Counted from the whole stretch's first letter, positions 36,010 to 49,720 are shown. The stretch: 63,802 nucleotides of DNA, filler included, from Rhabdomonas costata (GCA_019059605.1; 23 parts of 23 records of this genome joined end to end with filler, not necessarily neighbours in it), one strand, 5' to 3'. The notes: generated by a model not told the origin, from the sequence alone. Translations and numbers: made by a program.

Positions 36010-39000
36010 CTTTCCAGGTATTACAACCACACNNNNNNNNNNNNNNNNNNNNNNNNNNNNNNNNNNNNNNNNNNNNTTAATTAATTAANNNNNNNNNNNN
36101 NNNNNNNNNNNNNNNNNNNNNNNNNNNNNNNNGGGTGTGGGGTAAGTATGGGTTGTATGTCTGTGGGGCAGGTATGGAGGACCGCAGTCTCTCTGCATCG
36201 CAGTCTCTGCTGGCGCAGTGGACCTGCCGCAGGAGCCCTTCTGGTGCCAGAAAGGCTTCCGCCGGTCCGATTTGTGCATTGACCTCCTGCCCCCCCCCCT
36301 CTCTCTCTCCCTCTCTGGTGAAGACTTAACTCCCATTGATTGTTGGGAATTTGGGGATCGATGTAATGAAAAGTTGTATTTGATACTTGTCGCGGTGCCA
36401 GGCTGTCAAAAAATTAAATGATTATTGATTCATTGTTGGGGTGGGGTAGTTCTTGGGTACCTTTTGTGGGGAAGGGATGAGTCATCGTTTTTGTTTGGCC
36501 GCTCTGTTGGGGCGACTGGCATTGGTCAGGGGAGTGCATCAAGAGGAAGGGGGTGTTTGGCGCTGATCATCGTATCCTGTGGTCGTGTGTGTGTGTGTGT
36601 GTGTGTTTGGATTTGCTTTTACCATTCTCAACGTTGAAATGAGATTCTCCTGCTTCTCTAGTATTTTCGTGCTCATGGGCACTCCTGCATCCCTCCAAAT
36701 GGCTGGGTCTACCAACTCGACAAACCCCGGTTTTGGGTGCGGTGCTTTACTCTTTTGCTTTCTGGCCTAGGTCGCTCCACGCGCTGCCGAGGTGCCAGGC
36801 CCAGGCCCAGACCCAAGGTGTGCCTCCATGTGAGAGAGAGCTGTGTTTCTTTTCAGTCAATATTTACGCTTAAGCGAGTACGCTTCGCAGAAAGCAACAG
36901 CGCCTTGTTGTGCGTCTCTCCGCTTCTGATGCCATTCCTTCTGGATCACGCTGCCTCATTTCCGTGAGCACTGCACAGATGTGGCCTTCCAAGTTTACGA
37001 ATTAGCTTTGGCCAGAGTAGTTAGTTGTATTTAGTTGGATAGTTGGATTTAGTCATCCTGTGGCCGATTCCCACCCGGATTCCGCTCGAAAAATGCAGCT
37101 CGGCACATTTTGAGTAGAATGGGATGGCCTTTTGTACAGTACCCTTTCTGTGATGGAGTAGGACCATTTCAGCCCGAGACGTCACCTCTATATATCGTAT
37201 ATGCTGGGTGGCATCCCCCGTAACACTTGAAATTGAGTCAGAACTGCGCTGCGGCGCAGGCACGTTCTTGCAGGGCTGAGGTGTAGTACCAAAGCACCCA
37301 ATCTTAAAAGAAAGAAAACCTCAGAACTCGAGCTACAGTGATGTGGTGGCATGGTTGTGCTCTGGTGCATTGGTTGGCCGTTTCGGAGTCCACGCCATAA
37401 TAAGATCCGTCAGAGCTCTTTTTGGCCTTTTCAAGGGTCTTTTTCGACTTTGGGTCCAGGAGTGCCCTTTTTGAACATTTGCAGGCCTGCACACTGAGCC
37501 TGAATTCAGCATACATGCCGAACGCCGCTGAACCGCGCAACGGGATCACCAGCCAACACTTCCCAATCCAATCCGTGGGGACGTGTTTTGTGACATTTAT
37601 GGGAAATCTGTCACAGGCTGTGGTTCCCTTCCGCGAGCGGCCGCTGTCTGCCCCGCTTTGGCAGCTGCTGGAATCGCACTCGACTCACAACGACTCGGCT
37701 CACTCCGCTGCACTGTCCTCTCCGCTATCTCCCGAGTGAGGCATCAATGGGAGGGAGGAAGCACTGCAACGGTTTTGTAGCAGGGACCTCATTGGCACCA
37801 ATGCATGAGTGGTCCGCCGTTGTTTTTCCTTTTAAGTAATCGCTTTGTTTTCGATGTCCCTCGGCTCATGGTCTTGCTTCATCTGGGGGTGTGTCGTTCG
37901 CATAGCGGCAACTGTGTGGCGAGCTATTTGCTGTCCTTAACTCACCTTCTGCCCCCAATTCATGTGGGCTTTCGACGTGAATTATTCTGACGCTGTCTAC
38001 CCGCACTGTGTGTTTCTTCATTACGTGCCGTACCGTATGGCTTCCTGACGCAAGTGCGTGCTTTGGGTCGGTCCCTGGTGCACGGAGGCTGTGGGAGGAT
38101 TCAGCAAAGAACGCTGAAACACTGATCTTGTGAAATGGAACAAAGGCTTATCTCAAAAAGAGAGTTATGAGCAGCAGCAGCACTGCGTAATAGTATATAC
38201 GTAATATTGCTTAGTAAAGTTAGCAAGTTACACAGTAAAGTAAGAACTTTGGCGGTAAATTCGGAATATCCCAACGCCGAAAAAATCTATCGTTTGAAAG
38301 TCAGTGTAAAAACTTCATATCGGATTTCGTTGCTTTCTTTTGGGGTGTTACCTGCTTTTGTAGACATGAAGGCTCTGTTATGTAGCCACCCTGTTTTTTT
38401 TGCCAGAAAAGCATCGCCATTGTGATATGTGCCGAATAGAGGTCTTCTCTCTTGACGTAGCCACCGTTGGAGCCATTTTGTATGCATTTGAAGAACCCCT
38501 GGCTTCGGTTTGGATCTAATTTCGAAAGCTACGGGTCAAAGAGAGAAAGTGTGGGTTTGTCCGTTTTTTTTCTGATTTTGTTTTCCTTTTCAAGAGTTCC
38601 TGTTTTCTGAAGAGGCCTCCTGCGACTCCAGGTGTGGTGGTATAATGATTGGGTGCGGATACAGGGTTCGACCGCAGATTGGCTGTGTTGCTTGGGGTGG
38701 AAGTGTGTGGAGCCGGGGCTGTGCCCTTCTGCTGCTGACGTGGGTCCTATTTGGGCTCTTTGTGGGATGGGCCATTTTCGCTGCACGGCATTCGACGCCG
38801 ACCTACAACCNNNNNNNNNNNNNNNNNNNNNNNNNNNNNNNNNNNNNNNNNNNNTTAATTAATTAANNNNNNNNNNNNNNNNNNNNNNNNNNNNNNNNNN
38901 NNNNNNNNNNTTGGAAAGCGGGTGATTGGAAAGTTGGCCTTCTGAATCATCACCTGAATCACACGAAGTTACGCTAAAGCAAATGAAGGCACTGCCAAAA

Positions 39001-39049
39001 CCTCTAGACTCCGGTGTTCGCTTCTGTGTGTACGTTGCCGACCGCACAG

Positions 39050-40091
39050 GAGTGGACCTCATCCTGGGCTGCAACGGCTACATCTGGCTCAGTAGTACCC
39101 CGCCTGGCTCGTCCCATCAGGCTGTGGTCAGGTTATGCCTCTGTGTACGGGTGATTTGAGTGGTTTTCGAACAGAGTTGTTTTTATCTTTCTTCCCTCTT
39201 TGGAGGCTTCACTGTGCTCAATTATCAACGGGACAGGTGATGTCGGTGGGTTCGCTTTTCTATTGTTTGCGATGGAGCCTTTGCGAGGTATTTTTTACCA
39301 ACGGGTATTTTTTACTAGCGGGTATCAGACTCCTCTTGCACTCTTTGTTCCTGGCGCACAAAAAAAGGCATCTCTTTGACCTCAAGATGGGTTTACTGTA
39401 ACTCTCACGGTTTTTCTCTGGAACCGGGGGACATTTGCGCATAGCTTTGGTGATGTCGTTGACGGGGAGCAGCGCTCCGCCGCCCGGCCGCCTCTTCACG
39501 AGGACAGTGCGGAGGACGGCGGTGAAGGAGCAGCTGTACCTCCTCCTGCGGAGGGTGAGGGTGAGGACGCCGAGGCTTGTGATTCCCGTCCGTTCCCCCC
39601 TATTTCTTCCTTTTTACAGACAGTGTTATAATAAAGTTCTTGTTTTTGCTGCAAAAGGGGGCTGCAAATGCCCGCACAGACGGGTGTCAGTTGATGACAA
39701 TGAGATTTAGTTACAACAATGCTTTGCTCGAGCCTGAACTTAACACAATTTAGAGAAATGAAGTGAGGAAATGGGGAAATAAAATAGACTCGTAAAATAT
39801 GAAACGCAGAGATTCTTCAGCTAAGTGATATGCTTCAGCCTTTGTCTCCTCGCTTGCTGTGGGGTCGGTGTGTGGATCAGGAGCTTGGGCCCTTGCTGGA
39901 TGGATTCGCGACGAAGCGCAGCAACCCCAACAATCCCGCACTGCCTGACGCCTACGCGGTCCCCTACCGCCCCACTAGTGGTGCGCAGCGCGCGGTGTTG
40001 GCCCGGGTGGCCAACGCCATCGCCGTGCTCAACCGGGCCTTTATTGCGATCTATCCTGCCACCATCTTGGACGTCTACCGGGCGAGCCTCG
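39050..40091 (+). CDS. RRP4: Exosome subunit RRP4/EXOSC2; exons 39050-39131, 39445-39574, 39881-40091
   Basis: KH-like GVDLILGCNGYIWLS and C-terminal RAVLARVANAIAVL..IYPATILDVYRASL. An acidic linker exon restores the frame. Final donor GTGCGT. Confidence 0.85.
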
Positions 40092-41331
40092 GTGCGTGCC
40101 CTTCTTCTTTTTGCTCAGATTGAGGACGCCCTCCCTCCCCTTGCTAATGGTTTTCTGTTTGTGTGTGAGCATGTGTGTGTGTGAACCTAGTCGTTACACA
40201 GCTGAGATTTGCTGGACTCTGTTGATTATACGTGAGGGTGCATGTTTTTACTATGTTATACGCATTCTCACGTCTCTTTTTCTTTTGCAGATCATGTGGA
40301 TATGGGAAGTAGCCACTCTTAGATACATATTTAAGCATTTGTGCACCTGCTGCCTAACCTCGCTCCCGCCGCACAAAATCGCAGAAACGTTACCCGACTC
40401 AAGACGCCAGCCTTTATTTGAGCCTCTTTTTTCTTTTTTACAGAACTGAACTTAGCAGTACCTGAACTGTTGCTTCCGCAGCACCGTGAACCTCTTACTG
40501 CAGCAGCTGTGCAGAGAAAGGGCAAGGGAAAGTGATGGTTGACATTCACCTGACTTTGGCTGTGCTGCGCTCCCATGCCTGGTTGCAGTGTGGATGCGTG
40601 CAGGCGAAGCTCAGGCTGTCGTTTGATTTTGGACAGTTTTCGGCAGTATCAAGACACACTCAATACGCAAGTGCGCGTCGAATGAAAGGCACGAATTTAA
40701 TCTTGCGTCTTCGCGAACCGCTGATTTTTTTATGGTTTCTGAGGGAATTCTTATTGACGCCTGAAACTTTGGACACAGCGCGTGCAAAGTTTCACCAAGG
40801 CCACTGTCCGTTGCGTCAGATCGGAGCCCTAAAGTTGGCTCTGGAACCCCTGATTCTTGCCTCCCTGCGTAGTCCATGAAGAAACGAGCTCTTTCGAATT
40901 GTTCCCGCGAATTCCTTTTAGGCCACGTGGTGCGGTTGCGTCCAGGCAGTGCCCACGAGGCCGGCACAACCGCTATTGTAAGCCATGCGGTCGCAGTTAC
41001 CTTTTTGGAGGTTGATATACGGGCGGGCGTGGCTGACGGAGGCTGGATGCCCAAAGACAACATTCACACAACACTACCATATTTACGAACCGGGTCCTGC
41101 TCCTGCGTATTGCTTTTGTGTCAAAAGTTTTGTGCTTGGCAGCGGTCGCCCCAAGTATTATTTTACGGCCATTTATTAGGCTTGATTAAGCGGTCCTTAT
41201 TATTTTCTTATGCCGCGGATTGAAATCATCGACTGCTTCGGGGATCCAGCCGTTATAGGCGCCGTTTGATTCTCAGTTTTTTGGTGTGTTCTTAACATGA
41301 CGCCGTCACGGCCCAGAGCACGTAGGAGGGA

Positions 41332-41381
41332 CGAGCAAGCAAGCGAGCGAGCGAGCGAGAGAGAAAGAGAGAGAGAGAGAA
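41332..41381. repeat. Compound (GCAA)/(GCGA)/(GA) microsatellite
   Basis: gagcaagcaagcgagcgagcgagcgagagagaaagagagagagagag. Confidence 0.85.
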
Positions 41382-42800
41382 GTCATTTTTGTGTGGCGAG
41401 AGAAGGATGGAATAGTACAGAAGAGAAAAAGAGAGACAACGTCATGAGATAAGGGAAGCAAAGGATGCAAGCAAGGAAGAGTGCAGTGAGGGAAGGCGTG
41501 GATTCCAGAGCGGATGTGAATAAGAGAAGACAGTGGATGAGATCAAGAGGTGAGGGTATGGCAGTGGATTGCATGGAGCAAGGTTGNNNNNNNNNNNNNN
41601 NNNNNNNNNNNNNNNNNNNNNNNNNNNNNNTTAATTAATTAANNNNNNNNNNNNNNNNNNNNNNNNNNNNNNNNNNNNNNNNNNNNGTGGGGGTGTGTTT
41701 GGTGGGTTTGGGTTCAGCTCCAAATGGCATTTGAAACCTGGTGTTTGTTATGAAGGTCTTGAAGTGGCCTGCATGTTACGTTCTGGTGTTGCGCATTGAA
41801 TGTTTATGACTCTGTGGTTCATATTCGTGTCTACTTGTCAAGGCTTTCGCGGCGTTTCCAGCGCTTCTTGGAAGTTGGTCGGGGGGGTTGCATCAGAAAC
41901 GAATTAAAATGAAAACGGAGGTTTGCAACACCCAGTGTGGAGGCTTGAAAGAAGAGAAGAGAGAGACTGGCGGTGGGCAGCAACACAGTGCTCAAGCGTA
42001 CTCGACGTCTTGCTCAACACTTTCGCTGTAGCCAAGGGCCGGCCTGGCTCCTGAAGTTCTTTTCTGCATCCGTTTCAAGCCGCCATCACCATGTAGTGTA
42101 GTCCGTTTTGCAATGGATATTTCCCTGGCTTCATTTTCATCCAACGAGGTTTTGGTCGGGCTGATTTTGCATACATCTTTGAAGGTCAACACTTCTTCTG
42201 CATTATTCAGGCTTGACCTTGTTGCGCCTGTTCTGTTGTGGCTGCCTCTTTCTATTCTGTCGGAGGTGTTGCCTTTCGAAACATACGCTTGTCCTTGTTG
42301 TGAGGTAAATTATTTTGGTAATGGGAAAGAAGAAATTTCATTCCCCAAGGCCAGTTCCCGAAATGGGCACCGCTAAATCACAGAAGCAGCAGCTGCAGTT
42401 GCTGGATGGCAATATAACATCATCGATAACACCATAAACGTTCTATTGTTGTGTTTAGCCAATTAGCCTGGGGGCAGGAGGTTCCAGAGTAAAACTCGGT
42501 TTATTAACTTACGATACTTTTGCATACTTATCAGCCTTTGTGGATAAATCTTTTGTGTGTAAGTGTGTGAACGGAGTGGAAGGATGTGCGCGTTTGGGAT
42601 TAGGATTGTACCTGTATATGTGCTGGTGTAATGGGATTTTTGGTTACACACCCGCCCATAACGAACGGGATTTTCCCGTCGAAACGTGCAGGAAGTGCAG
42701 AAGTGCAGCACCTTTTGTGTGAGACTGGCTGTTTTGAGGGATAAAGGGGTCCTCAGGACAAAGGAGTGGCACCGCAACCTCCGCTATAGGCTGACCCATA

Positions 42801-43061
42801 ATGGCCTCCTCTGGGGACGGCAAGGCCCTCAACAAGCAGCAGCGGGTGTTGTGCTATGAGCGACGAGACAACTACTTCCAGTGCCTGCTGAATCATGGCG
42901 AGCGCGCTGCGGAGTGTGGCAGGGAGATGGAGGGCTTCTCTGCGGCCTGCCCCAAGAGCTGGGTGGAGCACTTCCAGCGCGAGAGAGCCCGTGCGGCACA
43001 GTTAAAGGCCGCCGCCCCGCCCAGCGCGGTGGGGGCTCCTCCCTCCGAACGATGCACCTAA
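42801..43061 (+). CDS. COA6: Cytochrome c oxidase assembly factor 6 (COX6B family), complete single-exon ORF
   Basis: 86 aa, ATG to TAA. QRVLCYERRDNYFQCL (CX9C), CGREMEGFSAAC (CX10C), CPKSWVEHF..R. Confidence 0.85.
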   Translation: MASSGDGKALNKQQRVLCYERRDNYFQCLLNHGERAAECGREMEGFSAACPKSWVEHFQRERARAAQLKAAAPPSAVGAPPSERCT

Positions 43062-44841
43062 TGCGATGCGGCCAACCCTCAATGATATGATCTTCAACCT
43101 GCCTGACTGCCTGACTGCCTAAGTTGCTTTGTTGGACTGATGATTTAGTTTGATTGTGGGCGCACAGTGGTGGGTGGAGAGGATGCTGGCAGTGGCTTCA
43201 ATCGCTTTCAACCGAGGTTCCCAGGTTCTCTTGGGTATCAGGGTACCGTTGTTGTTTAAAAATAAGACCCCTCCCCTGGCAGTGTCGCCTTGTCTCCCTG
43301 CACAAACCGCACCTTCTGATAACGCGGCACCATGGCATATTGGGTCCCACCCCCTCAAACCCCTTTGTCCGAGTGGACCAGTCTGCGATTCTCAGAGCAT
43401 GGCCTGACCGGCTGGTCTTGTGTTCGTTTTCGCAGTGTTTCTTTTTGTTTGTGTTCATATAACGTTAAAAAAGTTCGCAAGACTCGCTTGCATGATGGTA
43501 TAGAGTTTCTTCAGTGAATTTCTGCTGGTATTGAGAGGCTCGCAGGCATGATATTTTAGGTGGACACCACTTGGGCATCTCGAAAAAGCTGCATGAAGCG
43601 GTCGTTTTTCTCTCTTCCGCAGGTGTGGTGGTAGGGTGAGGTCGGAGGAGTTTGCTTGCTCTCTTTCCCTCACTTCCTCCCTCTCGGAAAAGCAATGGCA
43701 AGCCCAACGGCACAGCCGCCGCTTCGTTTTGTAAGTATGCAGTGTTTTTTGATCTTTGGGTTTGCGCACTTGGTGCCCTGGCCCGATTTGTCCACTGCAC
43801 TCCGAAGATTTGCACCATTGTGTTACCCCTGAAAAGTCCTTTCCCTTCTTCAGTCGCGTCTAGCCGATACTCTATTGGCAATCATAGAGTGCTTCTGCAA
43901 CTCCTTTGAGCGCGGCTGTTTAGGATGTGGTTTGGCGCAACGCAGTGTGCTGTATTGAACAAGCACAGGGCGATTATTGTTACTATGTGGTTTCGCGTCT
44001 GAGTTTACTCGCAATTACACGGAGTCTGGTGCTTTGAATTACTGTACCCCCGGGTTAGCATCTCGGTTTGCTTTTGCTCTTTCCATTCGCCCCTCAAATC
44101 CTATGGGTTTGTCTGTCCCGCCCGCACCTTTTCCTTTAACTGTGCTTCTTGTGAGCACTTCCCCTTTTGCAGCGCAAACTCGCAATGGCCTGGAACTCTT
44201 CGGCTGCCAGCCAGCCGGAGCTGTGGAGAAAGTCCGCGAGATCAGGTCCTTCAGAGTCTGGAGAAAGGCTGGGGCTGTGTTTGCGGTTGGGAGTATTAGC
44301 TGGCTGCTTCAGTAAAATTCGGTAGTACTCCTGGCTATTGCCCCCCCCAATACACTCAACACNNNNNNNNNNNNNNNNNNNNNNNNNNNNNNNNNNNNNN
44401 NNNNNNTTAATTAATTAANNNNNNNNNNNNNNNNNNNNNNNNNNNNNNNNNNNNNNNNNNNNTGTTTGAAGTCTGAAATGCGCCGGAACTCCACACGTCC
44501 CACAACATGTCAGCCAGAGTCTCTCTCTTGAAAAGAGTCTCTCTCTTGTTTTCATCACAACCCAAAAAGGTTTTGGAACGTGGAGCGAATCTCCCACTCT
44601 GCCGCCGAAGGTACCTCAGCTTTCCCCATGTTTTGAATCATGTGACACACCATCTACACACCATCTATGTGGCACGCTTGTTCGCGACCTTATACTGGCT
44701 GGCGTGGTTGGGTGCTCCACCACACTTACTTTTGCCTTTCCCAGAATTGGGTGATGCGTTGCGGACGTGAGACCTGCAAGTGGTGTGGCTTCCCGATTCT
44801 GTGAGCGACAACAGGACTTGTCTTCTTCTTTGACCTCACAG

Positions 44842-46893
44842 GTGAGGTGATTGAGGATTGCACCTTCAACCTCACTAGGGCGGCCTATGAGGGGGTGTTG
44901 CTAGGGTTGTACACCCCCGTGCCAGCCTCGGAGAAGTCCCTGCACTACATCAAGATGTATGCGTGTGTTCCGTTTGAAATAATATGGCACAGCTGAGCAA
45001 AACAATAAGATGACTTCTCATTCGGCTAAGGTGAAGATTAACTGCTTAATTGGGACTAGAGATAGGGTTGGGTAGTACCAGGGGGAGGGAAGAATGTGTG
45101 GTTGACTTGAACCGGTGGGCAACCTCACTTCATCGTGAACGATAAAAGGGAAAGGCCTGGTCCGTCTCCGTGTTTGGAGTCACTCTTTCTGTTGATTTGG
45201 TGGGATGCCGTTGTCCGTTGCATTGGCTCTTGTTGGCCCAGCACCAGCGACTCGCCGGTATCCGGGACCATGGTTATCGATGAAAGCCAGGAGAGCGCTC
45301 TGGATGAGGTGTGACTTTTGCTTCAGATGTCAAAGTGAGGTGGGCCTCCACATCTCACCTTCAGTCCTTTCGTGCACTGTGGTTTATAATCCAGTGCAAC
45401 GTGTCTTGGAAATTGCTCTAGACACGAAGCCACTTCTCACAGAAGGACAACAATGAAGCACATTATTTCAGGTAGAAAAAGAACATGTGAGCAGCCGTGA
45501 TTGGACAACCTCGGAGCTGCGTTTTGTGAAGAAAAAATGGGAAAACGTAAGAAGGAAAAACACATCACAGCAGGACCTTGTTGGCGTGTTTAGGGTTTTG
45601 GCTTCTGAGTTCCCTTTTCTATTTGATAGGATGACGGGGATGAACCCGGAGATGAGGACGTCAGCGGTGGCGGGGCGAGTGGCTCGGTTACCCTGTCCGA
45701 GCTGGACACGCTGAAGCTGAAGTTCAAGTTTCGGCCCTCAGCAACCACTGGGGTGGCGATTGCTCGTGGGAGGTGCGCCCTGATGGCTTAGCATACCACC
45801 AGGGTTCAACCGTGTTGATGGTTGTTGATGATGTAAGTCCTTTGCCCCCTCCAGGCATTTGCACTGCTGAATCCCCCCTCCCTTTCATCGCTCGTGGTGT
45901 GTGATTTCTCTTCTGTGCCTTCCGCCCTGTGGAGGCTCCTGGTGTTGCCTGCGCTGGCTACTGCATTACAGCCCCGGTCCCGTTCTGGCGGTAGAGAGGT
46001 GTTTATTTCCACGCCTGGAGGAAGAACCCTAATTTTCTCCTCTAATGGTACTCCATGAATTGACACTGCGAGCGCACCTTCCCTTCTCCTGTGTGATTCC
46101 TCTCTGGACGTCTTCTGTCCTTCTTCTGTACCTTCTTTTCTTGTATTGCACCATGCTGCAGTGTTTTCCACTTCACCTCAGCCGTTTTTGACTTCGAAGC
46201 TTAAACAATTGGTGAAAGAACTGCAATTTGGTTGTGCAACTTTTTTTTTCCATCTCTGACCAACAACATTACCTTTTTGTTTTGGGGTGACGCGGACCGC
46301 GTTATTAACAGTGATTGTCGATTGAATCATATAAGCTCTCCATTCCCTGTTCTCCTTGCCTACTCGATCTTTTTCTTCTGCTTTTGTAAAAAAAAAATAG
46401 GTTTGAGAGGACTGGGGTTGCCCAACCGGCCGGAGGGACCTACACCCTGGTTGTGCCCTCAAGGGACCAGTTCACCCTTCTGCTAGCAGAGGGCGAGGCA
46501 TGCGGGTGAAGGAATCCAGTTCGGCATTGAAATTATCCTAAAGAGATGCGAGAGCGCTAGGAAAGGAAAGCGCCCACCAACAATCTGACGATGACTGCTT
46601 CGACGTCAACACCTCACTACAGATAATTTTGATTTTGCTTCTTGGATTTGTTCTGGTTTTTGTGGAAAGGACGGTGAGCCCGCTGGAACTGACTGCAGCA
46701 AGTGAATTCCTACCTCCTTCCACTTACCCTCCAACTGTTCCACCCCCACTTTCCCCACCGTGCGCATCTTGCTTGGTGTGATGGATCTGTGGGCCAGGAA
46801 ACACTGATCTTTGTCGGGCGCAAGGAGATCCGCAACGTGGCACCCACCTTCTTGCAGCGCTTCGGGCCCACCATGCTTCTTGCCGCCGTTTTC
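44842..46893 (+). CDS. Hypothetical multi-exon protein; exons 44842-44956, 45242-45308, 45630-45772 and probably 46798-46893
   Basis: The first three GT-AG exons join in phase (..SLHYIKI|TSDSPVSG..ALDE|DDGDEPG..KLKFKFRP..). The later exon ends in hydrophobic FGPTMLLAAVF and needs an unlocated intervening exon. No family recognised. Confidence 0.6.
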
Positions 46894-47600
46894 GTGGGTT
46901 TCTCTCCTCCCTCTCTCGTTCCCACTCTCCAAGTTTGAGTCTCCTCTTGATTTATCGTTTTTGTGATGTGCGGTATTTTTGCTGATATTGACAGGTTTAC
47001 ACCAAAGTAGTCTCTTTGTTTATTCATCCTATAATCGAGGGATGCCCGACAATGCAAAAATTCATTCTGTTGTGTGTCTCCCCCACACGATCCGCACGAA
47101 CCCGTTCACTCCCCCTCCCCCCAAAAAAAAACAAANNNNNNNNNNNNNNNNNNNNNNNNNNNNNNNNNNNNNNNNNNNNTTAATTAATTAANNNNNNNNN
47201 NNNNNNNNNNNNNNNNNNNNNNNNNNNNNNNNNNNAAACGACGAAAAGGGGGGCTCACAGTGGAGGCCTTCAGTCCAACTTTTTGCGGATGTCTGTGTGA
47301 GGTTGCAAAAGAAATGGAGTCAGGACGAAACAAAGTGTACTTGAAGCAGGACTTTGTAAGGCGGTCGGGTGTGGGGAGGGGTGACCTCGGCGTATTGTAC
47401 ACTTCTTGTGAGCCGTTGGTAAATTGCTGACTGATGATTGATCACTGGAGCGACCTTCTTTTCCCAGTCGACCCCTTCCGTTACCTCCCATGTTGAATTC
47501 CTCTCTTCGCACCCTCTCTTCCTCTCCATTTGTTGGAACAGCGTGCGATGGGAAAAGGGTGGGATTCTCGTTTCATATATCACGATTTCACATTGCACAG

Positions 47601-48209
47601 AACGAGCAGAAGCGGCAAGAAGAGGAGGCGAGGCGTCAGCAGGAGCTCGGTATCCTCTCCTTCTCTTTTGAGAGAAAGCGCCGCATTTCAGGTGTTGTCT
47701 TTCAGGAGTTTTCTTTAAGCTTGAACTTGCTTTATTCAAGTGTTTTTGTGCTTTAAGTTAGAAGATACGCAATACATCCACCGCGCTGCTGTCGACATGG
47801 TAGTCAATAGTGGTGTTTCGTACGATGTGTGTTAAGAGCCTTTCTAAAGCTAAGTCTTTCTCGTCTCCGTGAAAATGGAATTTTGTGTATATGCGACCTC
47901 CAGTATGCCCTCGATGTTTTCGGCTATCCTCACTTATTTCCAGAGCGACAGCGGCACATCGCGCAGCGCACGAAAGAGCTGAAGCGGCGGCGCACGGGGC
48001 AGCCCACAGCTCAGGATCAAGCGAGGCATGCTGACGCCCACAAGGACTCCGTGGGTGATGAAGAGGAGGAGGAGACTGAGGATGGGGAGGCGACAGGGAA
48101 GGGTGTTCCAAGTGCTCCGGAGTCTGCTGGAGGGATCGGAGCTGTGGAGGAAGCAGAGGAGGACCCCGCCGAAGCCTCAGCTGTGAAGAAGGCAAAGACT
48201 GACCGCTGA
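47601..48209 (+). CDS. C-terminal exons (47601-47649, 47944-48209) of a charged low-complexity protein
   Basis: Phase-1 join NEQKRQEEEARRQQEL|ERQRHIAQRTKELKRRR, an acidic tract, an NLS-like AVKKAKT, then TGA. Confidence 0.6.
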
Positions 48210-49419
48210 GAAAGGGAAGAGTGAACACTGCAAAGACCACACCCCACAACACGCCTGAGTGGAAACCAATCATGGGCCAGGTGGAGCTGGGGACGTATGT
48301 CGAATAGTATCGAATAGTATTGAGTAAATATGGGAGAAAAAAGCAGACGGCGTTTTCCGATGTTTATATATTTGAACTAGTCAGAATTGAGTCTTTTGAA
48401 GTTTCCATGTGGATGTGCACGTTGCTCGGGCTCCTAAATCAGGGTCTTAGCTTTTAGTACCGTTGGTCTGTTCTTTTAACAAGCCGCTGTACCTCTGAGT
48501 TGCGTTGGCGATACAATATAATGAAAACCGTATCCTCCATTTCCACCTGGACCTATGTTGTGAGTTGTTGTGTGACGGTACTGAAGCAGCGATGACATCC
48601 ACTTCAGTGCACTTCTCCACTTCACTGATTGTTGCGATCACTGCTGGCTGTAAGGAGCCCTAGAAAGAGATGTACACTCCAAAGTATGAAGGGAAGTATG
48701 AGGAGCATGGAAAGGACGGGAGGTCGACTTTCTCCGTCAGCCATTTGCCACATGTGACCTATAATCACAAAACGCCTGTGTTTCTGCTTTTGCGCCCGCG
48801 CCCAAGGAATGCTTTTTGCTAATTTGTTGTCTGGTTGGTTATTGTTCCCTTTCGGCATCGGATGGATGATACGGTGACTCGATCGTGCACCGTCAATGAC
48901 AACGAACAAAACGCAAATCCACGGCAAATGACGAAAATTTCGATCGAAAAGGACTCCTCCTCAAACCAGAAGCTGTGAGACCTAAGGCCCAAACAATCGA
49001 CTGAACCTGTGTCTACAGAAGCCTTCCGGGGCTACACGTGCATTACATCCTATCCATCAATTATAGATGTTGACAATGGCTGCCTTTTTTTTTGGCGCCT
49101 TTGCCTTTTTTTTTCAGAAAGGCAGCGCTTGAGGAAAGCAGCTCCGCCGCGAACGACGAGAATTAAAGAATGGAATCCACGGTCTAGGTGCAAGCTACCG
49201 CCGTGGGTCAACGGAATGCCGCATTTTGCCAGCGAGGTTTTGATACAGCCCAAAAGATAATCCAGAGGCGTCCGTGGCACCGTGGCGTTGATGCAAAATC
49301 CGTGGGGTGTGGCCTACTTGCAGAAAGTTGTCAACCACCCAATTTGAGCTCAGAGGAAAAAAATTGGCTCCCACGTTGTCATATGGTAGCGGGCAATAAT
49401 TTAAATGTCCGTTATGGCC

Positions 49420-49720
49420 CAGTTTCTACGCAGGACGTCCGGGCTTGAGGTCGTTTGATCCGTCTTCCGGACCATGGCATTCAGGTCTCCACGCTGCTGA
49501 CCTACAAAAACTTTGCAACCCGGTCTGCCTTGGAAGCTTGCACCGGCAAATTGCTTCAAGCCGGTGTTCCGGATTCTAGCCTATTGCCTCTGGGGATTTT
49601 CTGCGAAATATTTTTGCCAAGTGCGTGCTGGAACTCGTATTGCCAAGTGCATGGAAGAACTTAGTCCGATGCAGGTTGATGTTTGGGTTCCCGAAGCATT
49701 TGACCTAGTTTCAAGAAACG
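49420..49720 (+). mobile_element. Heavily decayed CRE-like non-LTR RT remnant
   Basis: GPWHSGLHAADL (GPSGL-like), GF*PIASGDFLRNIFAKC (RPIA.G..LR motif), LSPMQVDVWVP (L.P.Q.GV) and AFDLVSR, in the expected order with internal deletions. Confidence 0.6.
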
